Assembly: GCA_030537155.1 (NCBI GenBank)
Contig: JAUNOH010000007.1
Span: 8,785-72,784, forward strand
Direction: 5' to 3'
DNA length: 64,000 nucleotides
Source of the DNA: Bacillota bacterium
GTDB lineage: Bacteria > Bacillota_I > Bacilli_A > RFN20 > CAG-826
Shown: positions 22,879 to 32,155 of the stretch, piece after piece
Layout of the letters: every line of letters starts with the position of its first letter
Position numbering within the stretch: the stretch's first letter is position 1
Notes under the pieces: model-generated
Told to the model about the DNA's origin: nothing
The model's database searches: none
The model's input: the letters and a program-made list of their open reading frames with translations, nothing else
Translations under genes and position numbers: made by a program

Positions 22879-23583
22879 ATGGCTTTGATAGTTGTTGATG
22901 GTTTGAGCAAGGTATATAACGAGGGCCAAGAAAACGAGGTCGTAGCTTTAAAAAACGCCAGCTTTTCAGTAGAACAAGGAGAGTTTGTTGTTATTTTGGG
23001 CGCCTCTGGATCAGGTAAGAGCACGTTGCTTAATATTCTTGGCGGCATGGACCAGGCTTCCGCCGGAAAATATGAGATGGGCGGAGAAAACATCGTTTCT
23101 CTGAATACCAAGAAACTTGGCAATTTCAGGAGGAAAAACGTAGGTTTTGTCTTCCAATTCTACAATTTAATTCCAAATTTGACCGCTTTGGAGAATGTCC
23201 AGCTAGCCGCCTCTATGGCCGATGAGCCCCTTGATTCCAAGGAAACTTTAGGCAAGGTTGGTCTCGATAAGAGGCTAGATAATTTCCCCAGCCAGTTATC
23301 CGGCGGCGAACAGCAGAGGGTCGCTATTGCCAGGGCCTTGGTTAAAAACCCCGATCTTTTGCTTTGTGATGAGCCGACTGGTGCGTTGGACTCCAAAACC
23401 GGCGGACAAATCATCAAGCTGTTATCGGACGTCGCCAAGCAATTCAAGAAGACCGTCATTATGGTCACTCACAACTCAAAAATCGCGCAGTGTGCAGGTC
23501 GTTTGATCAGGATCTCGGATGGTCAAATCGTCGAGGACACAATCAACGATAATATTGTTTCTCCTGAAACGGTTGACTGGTAA
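22879..23583 (+). CDS. ABC transporter ATP-binding protein (MacB/LolD/FtsE-like); no permease gene adjacent
   Basis: Walker [10 protein letters not shown], signature LSGGEQQRV, Walker [14 protein letters not shown]-loop VTHN. I prefer ATG 22879 over the TTG at 22873. Confidence 0.85.
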   Translation: MALIVVDGLSKVYNEGQENEVVALKNASFSVEQGEFVVILGASGSGKSTLLNILGGMDQASAGKYEMGGENIVSLNTKKLGNFRRKNVGFVFQFYNLIPNLTALENVQLAASMADEPLDSKETLGKVGLDKRLDNFPSQLSGGEQQRVAIARALVKNPDLLLCDEPTGALDSKTGGQIIKLLSDVAKQFKKTVIMVTHNSKIAQCAGRLIRISDGQIVEDTINDNIVSPETVDW

Positions 23584-23674
23584 AAAGTTCGATTTAATCG
23601 AATATTTCTTATTAATTTTATTTACTAAAACAATAAGTTCCTATTTTTGGAATTAATCCGTTTCTTCAATTCTC

Positions 23675-24340
23675 ATGATTCAAGATTGGAAAGAGCTGTT
23701 CGACAAAGTGAAGGCCGAACCCTACTCTAGGTCGCTTCATGATTTTCTTGATGAGGAATACTCCAAAGGGGTTGTATACCCTCCCCGTGACCATGTTTAC
23801 CAAGCTTTCAAGCTAACCTCACCGAGGGATTTGAAAGTGGTTATTATTGGGCAGGATCCTTATCACAACCCCGGACAGGCTATGGGACTTTCCTTTTCTG
23901 TTCCTAAAGGAATCGAACCCCCGCCTTCTTTAATTAACATATATAAAGAAATTCAAAATGATTTGAATATATCAATGGATTTCTCGAATGGTGACCTAAC
24001 GTGCTGGGCCAAACAAGGAGTCCTTCTTCTTAATGCGTATTTGACCGTGCGGGCAGGGGAACCCCTTTCTCACGCCAGAGAAGAGTATTCGCGCTTCATA
24101 GCCGACGTCATGGATTATATCGATGGGCTAAATCAGCCGATAGTCTTCCTTCTTTGGGGAGGATTTGCCAAACGGTACTCCCCGTATGTCAAAAACCCAA
24201 AGCACTATATTCTGAGCGCCGTTCATCCCTCTCCGCTTTCGGCGAATAGGGGCGGCTGGTTTGGACAACATTTATTTTCGAAGACTAATCAAATCCTAGT
24301 TTCCAACGGCTCCGAGGCTATTGACTGGTCTAATCGTTAG
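23675..24340 (+). CDS. ung: uracil-DNA glycosylase (family 1)
   Basis: Motifs GQDPYH and HPSPLSA. Confidence 0.9.
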   Translation: MIQDWKELFDKVKAEPYSRSLHDFLDEEYSKGVVYPPRDHVYQAFKLTSPRDLKVVIIGQDPYHNPGQAMGLSFSVPKGIEPPPSLINIYKEIQNDLNISMDFSNGDLTCWAKQGVLLLNAYLTVRAGEPLSHAREEYSRFIADVMDYIDGLNQPIVFLLWGGFAKRYSPYVKNPKHYILSAVHPSPLSANRGGWFGQHLFSKTNQILVSNGSEAIDWSNR

Positions 24341-24350
24341 CATAAAATTC

Positions 24351-24476
24351 TCTTATCCGGAGCTTCCCAACAGGAGGCTGAGAGGAGCCTAAAGCAGGCT
24401 CGACGGCACACCTGATCCAGATAATGCTGGCGGAGGTAAGATTTTTTCCTCCGGGTGCGTCTGCTAGGAGGATTTT
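24351..24476 (+). promoter_or_regulatory. TPP (THI-box) riboswitch with an SD-sequestering expression platform
   Basis: Conserved CTGAGA (24378-24383) and ACCTGATCCAGATAATGCTGGCG (24410-24432). P1 is CTTATC / GGTAAG. Downstream CCTCC (24449-24453) can pair either with the P1 3' strand GGAGG or with the SD AGGAGGA (24466-24472). Confidence 0.8.
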
Positions 24477-24479
24477 TTA

Positions 24480-25541
24480 ATGATTGAGCAGAACGAAAAC
24501 CTGGTTAAAGAAGAAGGCGGGGATAACCAGCCGCCAAACGAGAACGCCAAAAATAAGGTGAGCCTGTTCTTTGAGAAATGGGGCTGGGCCTTCGCGATCG
24601 GCTTTGCGATTTTGGCTTTCCTATTTCTATTCGCCCCCATCCTTTCATATGAGGAGATTTTGTATGATGCCGACGGCTCAACCGTCTATGTAACCTTAGT
24701 CGATTACTTCACAAATGGCTTTTCCATGAACTGGACGATGTATTTGACCATCGCCCTGATCTTCCTATCTGCCGGAGCTATGGGCTTAGGCAAATGGAAA
24801 AAGGAATTTTTTGTGGCGGGATCGATGCTTTCCCTCCTTTCCCTAGTTTTTATTTGCTTGGCAAAATCATTTCTTGAGTCAGGCTCTGAAGCCGGGGAGT
24901 GGATCACTTCGATTTCCATGGAATGGGGCCTTGGCGTCTCTATTTTCTGCATGGCCGCCGCATCGGTTTTCTCGCTAGGAGCTTCCTATAAAGACGACGA
25001 ATTCACCATCCGCGATATCACCGAAGACGGCATTCTCATCGCCGCGGCCTTTGGCTTGAATTTCATCACCATCCCCATTGGGGCGACCGGTGGAAGCATC
25101 AACCTTCAGATGCTGCCTTTGATGCTCATCGCCCTTCGCCGCGGCCCCTTTCAGGGCTTCGTCAGCTCCGGCATCGTCTATGGCCTGCTTACCTGTTTGA
25201 CCGACGGCTATGGCTTTGCCACCTTCCCCTTCGATTACTTGATTGGCTTTGGCTCCTGTGCCGCGATTGGTTTCTTTAACCCGCTCATCTTCGGGAAAGA
25301 TCAGACGACTTATAACCTGAAAGGGGAGTGCTTCCTCTTGCTGGGTGGCATATTGGTCACCTTCATTCGCTTCGTCGGCGGCAATGCCTCGTCCATCCTC
25401 ATCTACGAAACCGATTTCGTCGGGGCCCTGGTCTACAACGCCCCCTATATCATTCCGTCTGGTTTAATGGCCACCGCGGTCATCATGGCCGTCTATGGCC
25501 CGTTGGTGCGTATCAACAAGCTTTTCCCAGTCAGAAAATAA
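24480..25541 (+). CDS. thiamine-transporter-like membrane protein (ThiT/ECF S-component-like C-terminal half) with an extra N-terminal membrane domain
   Basis: Lies directly behind the TPP riboswitch. 353 aa and polytopic. The C-terminal roughly 190 aa resemble ThiT-type S components by eye; the N-terminal roughly 160 aa add about 4 TM segments. Confidence 0.6.
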   Translation: MIEQNENLVKEEGGDNQPPNENAKNKVSLFFEKWGWAFAIGFAILAFLFLFAPILSYEEILYDADGSTVYVTLVDYFTNGFSMNWTMYLTIALIFLSAGAMGLGKWKKEFFVAGSMLSLLSLVFICLAKSFLESGSEAGEWITSISMEWGLGVSIFCMAAASVFSLGASYKDDEFTIRDITEDGILIAAAFGLNFITIPIGATGGSINLQMLPLMLIALRRGPFQGFVSSGIVYGLLTCLTDGYGFATFPFDYLIGFGSCAAIGFFNPLIFGKDQTTYNLKGECFLLLGGILVTFIRFVGGNASSILIYETDFVGALVYNAPYIIPSGLMATAVIMAVYGPLVRINKLFPVRK

Positions 25542-25639
25542 GCCGCTTAATGAATCCTTCAGCTTTGGGTGCAACTTAGTTGAGGGATTTATTTTCTAAT
25601 CGTGATATATTCCTATTTGCACAAAAAGGAGATTTTAGT

Positions 25640-26884
25640 ATGGCCTCCAAAAAAGTCAGTGTTTCCGAGATTGAGAGCGAAGATCTCGTAATCGAGGGCA
25701 CCGAATCCTTCGATGCCGCCCCCGAGGGCGAATCACAAACCTTCGGCGAGCAATTAAAAAGCGACGAAAAAGCCGACGAATTATCAAAATTAGCCAATAG
25801 CAAGCCCGAAGAAGCTCCCGTCGAGGAAGCTGAAGCGGTGGAACCTGAGGTTGTTGAAGCGGAAGCGGAAGAAGACGACTTTGCCGATTCCGTCGAACCA
25901 GAGCCGGTTCCAGAACCAGAGCCGGAACCCGAGCCCGAGCCGGCCCCGGCCCCGGCACCTGCTCCCGAGCCAGAACCCGATCATTACGACTACGATGATC
26001 CGGAATTGGCTGCCATCGACACCGAGAGGGCGAGCTTCCTCAAGCTTTATAAGACCCGTAACCGCATCAAGTCGATCGTCTCGGTCGGCCTGACGCTGCT
26101 CATCCTGGTCAGCTGGATCGTCCCGACCTTCGTTGAGGCTCTCTCGTCTTATACCCTCTATATCGCCCTTCCGACCATCGGCGTCGTCATCGTGGCCCTC
26201 TTCGTCTACTCGACGATCTTCAAAAAGCACAGCACCGCTTGGATCAGGCATTACTTCGATGAGTACTACAAGCACAGCTATGCCTATGCCTTCAAGGATA
26301 TCCCGGTGACCAACTTCGAAGGCGATATCGACAAGAAGATTGAGGATGCGGCCTTCACCGACTCGAAGATGTATAAGAATATCTTCAAGGTCGGCTCCCG
26401 CTATGCGGTCAGCTTCACCTATGAAGGAGCCGATTGCTTCCTCATCGACTGCGCGGCCCAGATCAAGGGAACCAAAACCCTCCAGACCGCCTTCGTTGGA
26501 AAATCCCTAAGATATCCCAACAAGTATGAGGGCAGTGGCCTCTACATCTACTTCAAAGGCAACGATCGGGCTATCCCACCCAATGGCATAAGCGAGTACA
26601 ACAAACTCGAGGATAACCGCCGCTACATCGTCTATGGCGAGGCCAGCGAGAAGAAGCTGATCAACCACGAGCTCAAGCAAGCCTTGGCTCAGATCGATAC
26701 CAACAACATCTTCGTCGATTTAGCCATTTCCATCCAACCGGGCATGACCCATTTCGAGATTGGATATGAGGATACCCTCATGATCATCCCGATGGAAAAA
26801 CCCTTCAATCCAGCCCCGACCCAGGAGATGGCCAAAAACCTGAAACAGCTCCTGGAAATCGGCGCCATCATCAACAAAGAATAA
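25640..26884 (+). CDS. membrane protein with an acidic N-terminus, a PE/PA dipeptide-repeat tract, 2 TM segments and a globular C-terminal domain (possibly DUF3137-like)
   Basis: I prefer ATG 25640 behind AAAGGAG (25626-25632) over track start 25580. Tract PEPEPEPEPEPAPAPAPAPEPEP, then two hydrophobic helices. Confidence 0.7.
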   Translation: MASKKVSVSEIESEDLVIEGTESFDAAPEGESQTFGEQLKSDEKADELSKLANSKPEEAPVEEAEAVEPEVVEAEAEEDDFADSVEPEPVPEPEPEPEPEPAPAPAPAPEPEPDHYDYDDPELAAIDTERASFLKLYKTRNRIKSIVSVGLTLLILVSWIVPTFVEALSSYTLYIALPTIGVVIVALFVYSTIFKKHSTAWIRHYFDEYYKHSYAYAFKDIPVTNFEGDIDKKIEDAAFTDSKMYKNIFKVGSRYAVSFTYEGADCFLIDCAAQIKGTKTLQTAFVGKSLRYPNKYEGSGLYIYFKGNDRAIPPNGISEYNKLEDNRRYIVYGEASEKKLINHELKQALAQIDTNNIFVDLAISIQPGMTHFEIGYEDTLMIIPMEKPFNPAPTQEMAKNLKQLLEIGAIINKE

Positions 26885-26889
26885 GAAAC

Positions 26890-26918
26890 GAAGAGGACAT
26901 TGTTCCTCTTCTTTCTTT
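26890..26918 (+). terminator. intrinsic terminator
   Basis: Stem GAAGAGGA / TCCTCTTC, loop CATTGT, then TTTCTTT. Confidence 0.7.
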
Positions 26919-26967
26919 AAGAAAGGATGCTTTGGGGTTAGAATCTTTCTCTAGGAGAAAAGCTCCT

Positions 26968-27543
26968 ATGATCAACGACCCCCGCTTCAACAATTGGCTT
27001 CAAGTTCAAGCCTACAAACATGATGGTAAGATCCATCGCATATGGTCCCCGGCCTTTTTGGTGGCCGACACCGACGAATATTGGGCTCTAGCCTCCAGGA
27101 TGTCCGCGGTGGCTGAGGCCGATGGCCGCCGCTGGGCCACTAAGGAGAATGCCGTCTTCATCCTCTTCAAGAAGGAGTGGATGAACGTCATCGCCATGTT
27201 TAAGGAAGGCCAAGGCATCTGCTACTACGTCAACATCGCCTCGCCGACCATCCTGGACAAAGGCTATCTGAAATACATCGATTACGACCTCGACGTTAAG
27301 CTATACCCCGATTTGATCGAGAAGACCCTCGACGAGAAGGAATTTGTCTATAACTCCAAGCTTTATGGGTATGACGAAAAGCTCATAAAGATCATCGAAA
27401 ACGAAAAAGACGAAGTGCTGAAGATGATGGACGAGAAGAAATTCCCCTTCATCGACTCGAAGATCAGGGAGCTTTATGCCAAATTCCTCAAGGCTTCCGA
27501 ACCCGTTGATTCCCAACATGGAAAAAACCCTAACCACCAATAA
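26968..27543 (+). CDS. DUF402 nucleoside tri/diphosphate phosphatase (YgaC/Ntdp-like)
   Basis: WLQVQAYKHDGKIHRIW, DGRRWATKE and YIDYDLDVK closely resemble the B. subtilis YgaC family. ATG 26968 behind AGGAG is preferred over the TTG at 26932. Confidence 0.8.
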   Translation: MINDPRFNNWLQVQAYKHDGKIHRIWSPAFLVADTDEYWALASRMSAVAEADGRRWATKENAVFILFKKEWMNVIAMFKEGQGICYYVNIASPTILDKGYLKYIDYDLDVKLYPDLIEKTLDEKEFVYNSKLYGYDEKLIKIIENEKDEVLKMMDEKKFPFIDSKIRELYAKFLKASEPVDSQHGKNPNHQ

Positions 27544-27967
27544 TCGCGAACAGACCAAACAGCTGGGGGAGAGGATCTCCCGCTTATTTGAGCCTGGCGA
27601 CGTCGTCTTGCTAAAAGGCGACCTCGGGGCCGGCAAAACCTGCTTCACCTCCGGCGTGGCCAAGGGGCTGGGCGTGGAGGAAGTGGTGCTTTCCCCCACC
27701 TTCAACATCATGAAGTGCTACTTCCAGGGGAGGATCCCCCTCTATCACATAGATGCCTATCGCCTGGAGGACCAAAACATCGAGATCGGCCTAGACGAAT
27801 ACATCGAGGGCGATGGGGTCTGCCTCATCGAGTGGCCCCAATTCATCGAAAGCCTGATCCCTGATGAATATCTCGAGATAGTCATCAAAAACCTCGGCGG
27901 GGATGATAGGAGTTTATCGTTTATCCCCCATGGGAAACATTTTGAGAGTATAGTCGATTCGCTATGA
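27518..27967 (+). CDS. tsaE: tRNA t6A37 biosynthesis ATPase TsaE
   Basis: Walker A GDLGAGKT, plus HIDAYRL and IEWP motifs. I use the internal ATG 27518 (26-nt overlap with the upstream gene). Confidence 0.85.
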   Translation: MEKTLTTNNREQTKQLGERISRLFEPGDVVLLKGDLGAGKTCFTSGVAKGLGVEEVVLSPTFNIMKCYFQGRIPLYHIDAYRLEDQNIEIGLDEYIEGDGVCLIEWPQFIESLIPDEYLEIVIKNLGGDDRSLSFIPHGKHFESIVDSL

Positions 27968-29016
27968 GCTACGCCTTGTTATTGGATTCAAGCAACAGCA
28001 AACTCTCCGTCGGCCTAGCCAAAGACGGATCGCTTTTCGACGCCATCGAATACGAAGCCAATCAAAGGCAGTCAGAGTTGATGGTCGGGGAAATTGGAAA
28101 TATCCTCACCAGAAACAGTTTGGGGAAAGACGACTTATCATCGGTGGTCGTCTGCAAGGGGCCCGGTTCCTATACTGGCGTCCGCATCGCCTTGACCATC
28201 GCCAAAACCGCCGCCTTGGCTTTGTCGATCCCCCTTTATATGGTGTCTTCTTTGGAGGCGTTAAAAGATGGCGACAATGCATCTATTTGCTTAAGCAACG
28301 CCCGCGGAAAGCGTTCTTATTTTGGCGTCCATAAAGGCGAGGAATGCCTAATCGATGATTGCATTATGGATAACGAGAAAGTCTTATCCTATATCGCCGA
28401 GAATCCGACGTTTTCCATCTGCGGGGATTTGCAGTATCTGGGATTGGAAACCACCCACAATACCCCGCTTCCGACCTTGGCAAAATGCAGTGAGGAAAAA
28501 TATGAGGCTGAGCCCTTAGGCGCCAGCCCCGTCTATTTAAAAGACACCGGGAACTCCGCCCTTAAGGTCATCGTCAGGAAGATGAATAGCGCAGATATCC
28601 TCCAAGTCCTCGAGATCGAGAACGCCTGCTTCTCGGCCCCTTATACCCACGAGAATTTCCTCTACGAACTAAACGAGAACCCCTTTGCCACGATGCTGGT
28701 GGCCATGGTCGGCCCCGACATCGTCGGTTACATCGACTTCATGATCACCTTCGACTCGGCGACCATCAATCGCATTGCCGTCAAAGAGGAATACCGCAAG
28801 AAAGGCATCGGCAACCGCCTGCTCGGCGAATGCGTCAAGCTGTGCCGGGAACGCGAGGAGCCGGTCGAGAATCTGACGTTGGAAGTCAGGAAATCCAATC
28901 AGAACGCCATCCGTTTTTATAAAAAGCACGCCTTCAAGGAAATCGTGGTGAAGCCGCAGTATTACAGCGACGGCGAAGACGCCATCTATATGGTTAGGAG
29001 CATCATCAATGACTAG
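27964..29016 (+). CDS. tsaB: TsaB (t6A37 biosynthesis) fused to a RimI-type GNAT acetyltransferase
   Basis: The N-terminal roughly 200 aa are TsaB-like (GPGSYTGVRIALTIAK). The C-terminal roughly 145 aa are GNAT (RIAVKEEYRKKGIGNRLL, FYKKHAFKE). Confidence 0.85.
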   Translation: MSYALLLDSSNSKLSVGLAKDGSLFDAIEYEANQRQSELMVGEIGNILTRNSLGKDDLSSVVVCKGPGSYTGVRIALTIAKTAALALSIPLYMVSSLEALKDGDNASICLSNARGKRSYFGVHKGEECLIDDCIMDNEKVLSYIAENPTFSICGDLQYLGLETTHNTPLPTLAKCSEEKYEAEPLGASPVYLKDTGNSALKVIVRKMNSADILQVLEIENACFSAPYTHENFLYELNENPFATMLVAMVGPDIVGYIDFMITFDSATINRIAVKEEYRKKGIGNRLLGECVKLCREREEPVENLTLEVRKSNQNAIRFYKKHAFKEIVVKPQYYSDGEDAIYMVRSIIND

Positions 29017-30022
29017 AATCCTGGCTATCGAATCAAGCTGCGACGAGACCGCGGTCGCCATCACCGAGGATGGCCGCCTTTTGGCCAACGTCGTGGCCAC
29101 CCAAATCGCCGTCCACGAGAAATATGGCGGGGTCATGCCCGAGATCGCCTCGAGGCTCCACGTCGAAAATATTTCCGTCTGCCTGAAAGAATCCCTGCGT
29201 CAGGCTAATTTAACCTTTGATGACATCGATGCCTTTGCCGTCACCAGGGGCCCTGGCCTAATCGGCTGCCTCCACGTCGGATTGCAGGCTGCCAAAACAT
29301 TGGCTCTGCTTTATAAAAAACCCTTGATCCCCGTCCATCATCTGGCCGGGCATATCTACGCGAATGAGTTTGTTGGGGAACTGCAGTACCCGTTACTTTG
29401 CGTCGTCGTTTCGGGAGGAAACTCCGAACTCATCATCATGCGCGGCGACCTCGATTTCGAGATCATCGGCGAGACGAGGGATGACGCGATAGGAGAGAGT
29501 TTTGACAAAGTCGCCCGCGTCCTCGGCTTGCCTTATCCCGGCGGCCTACCCATCGATCAACACGCCAAGTTGGGCAAGCACACCTACGATCTTCCTAAAC
29601 CCCATCTGGATAAGGATTCCTATGACCTCTCCTATTCTGGCTTAAAGACCTCGGTCATCAATCTCGTCAACTCCCTCAAGATGAAGGGTGAACCCGTCAG
29701 GCTCGATGACATGTGCCGTTCCTTTGAGGACGTCGCTGTCGGCATGGTGGTGGAAAAAGCCATCAAGGCCGCCAAAGACTTCAACGTCAAGCAGGTGGTA
29801 TTGGCTGGCGGGGTATCCGCGAATAGCTACCTCCGCGACGAGATAACCAGCAAATTAAAAGACTCGGGGATGAACATCATCATCCCGCCGCTTTGGTGCA
29901 CCGGCGATAACGCCGCAATGATCGCCAAGACGGCCGAGCATCTATACCCGAGGAAGGTGTTCGCGCCCTTGACCTTGGGCGTCGACCCCAATTGGCGGAT
30001 CACCGACTGGGACAAATTCTAA
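29009..30022 (+). CDS. tsaD: tRNA N6-adenosine threonylcarbamoyltransferase TsaD
   Basis: ILAIESSCDETAVAI, VHHLAGHI and GGVSAN motifs. Confidence 0.92.
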   Translation: MTRILAIESSCDETAVAITEDGRLLANVVATQIAVHEKYGGVMPEIASRLHVENISVCLKESLRQANLTFDDIDAFAVTRGPGLIGCLHVGLQAAKTLALLYKKPLIPVHHLAGHIYANEFVGELQYPLLCVVVSGGNSELIIMRGDLDFEIIGETRDDAIGESFDKVARVLGLPYPGGLPIDQHAKLGKHTYDLPKPHLDKDSYDLSYSGLKTSVINLVNSLKMKGEPVRLDDMCRSFEDVAVGMVVEKAIKAAKDFNVKQVVLAGGVSANSYLRDEITSKLKDSGMNIIIPPLWCTGDNAAMIAKTAEHLYPRKVFAPLTLGVDPNWRITDWDKF

Positions 30023-30024
30023 AA

Positions 30025-30531
30025 TCAGTTATACATCGAAACCGAATAGATGAGCAGGGGAGAATCTCCCGCGCTGATTTTCCAGTTCTGGCTTGTCAGA
30101 GAAACCTCATATGAGACGTTCCCGGATTCCTCCGGCGCCTCGATTAAAGCGGCTTCGTTTTGACTGCCGATAGCGATGGTAAAACTCGTGGAGACCTCAG
30201 CTTCGGAGTAGCAATAAATGCCCAGATAGGCGAAGTCGCAGTATCCGCCGCTATAGGAGACATATCCGGAATTGGGCTCCAACTCCAGATAGGAGGCGGA
30301 TCCCTGAACGCTGCTTTTAACGCCTTTTAGGTAATAGGTGAAGTTTCGGTAGCTGAAGGAAGATTCCTCCTCGCTATAGGAATCGCTAGAAATGTCAGTG
30401 ATATCCAGGACCATGAAGCCCGTGGCGTCCACCAGCTCATCCGAGGAAGAGGAATTGGCCGAGAGATTGCAGGCGGAAACAAATAAAGTCAACGGCAGTA
30501 GAAGCAGGGTGCTTTTTGGGAGAGAAAACAT
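30025..30531 (-). CDS. lipoprotein, unknown function
   Basis: Signal peptide with lipobox FVSAC, followed by an S-rich linker. Confidence 0.65.
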   Translation of the reverse strand: MFSLPKSTLLLLPLTLFVSACNLSANSSSSDELVDATGFMVLDITDISSDSYSEEESSFSYRNFTYYLKGVKSSVQGSASYLELEPNSGYVSYSGGYCDFAYLGIYCYSEAEVSTSFTIAIGSQNEAALIEAPEESGNVSYEVSLTSQNWKISAGDSPLLIYSVSMYN

Positions 30532-30581
30532 AGTTTATCGATAATTTTTCCGTCGCTAATTGTATGCAAAAAACGGGAAAT

Positions 30582-30590
30582 TGATATACT
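30582..30590 (+). promoter_or_regulatory. extended -10 TGaTATACT 9 nt upstream of the asnS ATG (leaderless-type layout)
   Basis: TGATATACT-TAGTTCGCT-ATG with no SD. Confidence 0.5.
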
Positions 30591-30599
30591 TAGTTCGCT

Positions 30600-31985
30600 A
30601 TGCAAGACAAAGGTATTTCAATCTCCGCTCTCTATCAGGGCCTCTCCAAAGGAGAAGACCTCACTCTAAATAACCCCGTTTTGATCCAGGGTTGGGTCAG
30701 GACCAACCGCAATTCCAAGGCCATCGGCTTTTTGGAAATCAATGATGGCTCCTGCTTCAAGGGGATTCAGGTCGTCTACGATGACAAGCTCGAGAATTTC
30801 GACGCCGTCACCCACTATCTGACCGGTGCCTGCCTATCCGTCCGCGGGGAGCTCGTTTTGACCCCGGGGATGAAACAGCCTTTCGAAGTCCACGCCTCAA
30901 GCGTCACCCTCCTCGGCGATGCCAGCGAGGACTACCCCCTGCAGAAGAAGAGGCACTCCCTCGAATACCTCAGGGAAATCGCCCACCTCCGCCCGAGGAC
31001 GAATACCTTCTCGGCCGTCTTCAGGGTCCGTTCGGTTCTAGCCCGGGCCATCCACGAATACTTTATGGATAACGGCTTCGTCTACGTCCATACCCCCTGC
31101 ATCACCGGCAACGACGCCGAAGGGGCCGGGCAGGTCTTCACCGTCGTCACCGACGCCGAGGATCCTTATAAGGATTTCTATGGCAAGAAGGCCTCTTTGA
31201 CCGTCTCGGGCCAACTCCACGTCGAATCCTTCGCCTTAGCCTTTGGAAAGGTGTATACCTTTGGCCCTACCTTCAGGGCCGAGAAATCCAACACCACCCG
31301 CCACGCCTCCGAGTTCTGGATGATCGAGCCGGAGATGGCCTTCGCCGATTTGGATGACGACATGGACGTGATGGAGGGGTGCCTTAAATACTGCATCTCC
31401 TACGTCCTCGATAAATGCCCCGACGAGATGGAGTTCTTCGACAAATTCGTGGCCCCCGGGACCATCGAGAAACTTAAAAACGTCTTGGCCAAGGATTTCG
31501 TCCGCCTCGATTATACCGATGGCATCAAATACCTTGAGGAGGCCGTTAAGAATGGCCACAAATTCGATAACTCCAAGATCGAGTGGGGGATGGACCTTCA
31601 GTCCGAACACGAGAAATATCTGACCGAGGAAGTCGTCAAAGGCCCATTGTTCTTGAAGAACTACCCGGCCGCCATCAAGGCCTTCTACATGAAGCTCAAC
31701 CCCGATGGCAAGACCGTGGCCGCCGTCGACTGCCTAGTCCCCGGGGAAGGGGAGATCATCGGCGGCAGTCAGAGGGAAGACGACTACGAAAAGCTCAAAG
31801 CCAAGATGGCCACCCAGGAAAACCCCGAGTCCCTGGAATGGTATCTAAATCTCCGCAAGTGGGGCGGATGCGTCCACTCCGGATTCGGCATCGGCTTTGA
31901 CCGCCTATTGATGTATATCACCGGCATGGCCAACATCCGCGACACTGAACCTTACCCGCGGACCTTCGGCAATCTAAAATATTGA
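30600..31985 (+). CDS. asnS: asparagine--tRNA ligase
   Basis: 461 aa class IIb synthetase. Motifs FRAEKSNTTRH and GFGIGFDRL, with an N-terminal OB anticodon-binding domain. Confidence 0.9.
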   Translation: MQDKGISISALYQGLSKGEDLTLNNPVLIQGWVRTNRNSKAIGFLEINDGSCFKGIQVVYDDKLENFDAVTHYLTGACLSVRGELVLTPGMKQPFEVHASSVTLLGDASEDYPLQKKRHSLEYLREIAHLRPRTNTFSAVFRVRSVLARAIHEYFMDNGFVYVHTPCITGNDAEGAGQVFTVVTDAEDPYKDFYGKKASLTVSGQLHVESFALAFGKVYTFGPTFRAEKSNTTRHASEFWMIEPEMAFADLDDDMDVMEGCLKYCISYVLDKCPDEMEFFDKFVAPGTIEKLKNVLAKDFVRLDYTDGIKYLEEAVKNGHKFDNSKIEWGMDLQSEHEKYLTEEVVKGPLFLKNYPAAIKAFYMKLNPDGKTVAAVDCLVPGEGEIIGGSQREDDYEKLKAKMATQENPESLEWYLNLRKWGGCVHSGFGIGFDRLLMYITGMANIRDTEPYPRTFGNLKY

Positions 31986-32155
31986 TGGATATGGCAACGA
32001 CCAAGAAGAAAAAGAAAAAACCCATCTCCGAACTCAATGAGCAGGAGAGGGCCGAGCTGGCACGCAAGAGGACGTTCTACTTCTTCGTCTGCGTGGCTTT
32101 CGTCTTCGCCCTTTTGATCGTGGTCACCGCAATCTCGCTATGTTTCTAAAAAGAA
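31985..32155 (+). CDS. possible 56-aa single-TM protein with a lysine-rich N-terminus
   Basis: The ATG overlaps the asnS stop by 1 nt. The K-run is followed by one hydrophobic helix. Too short for the ORF track. Confidence 0.35.
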
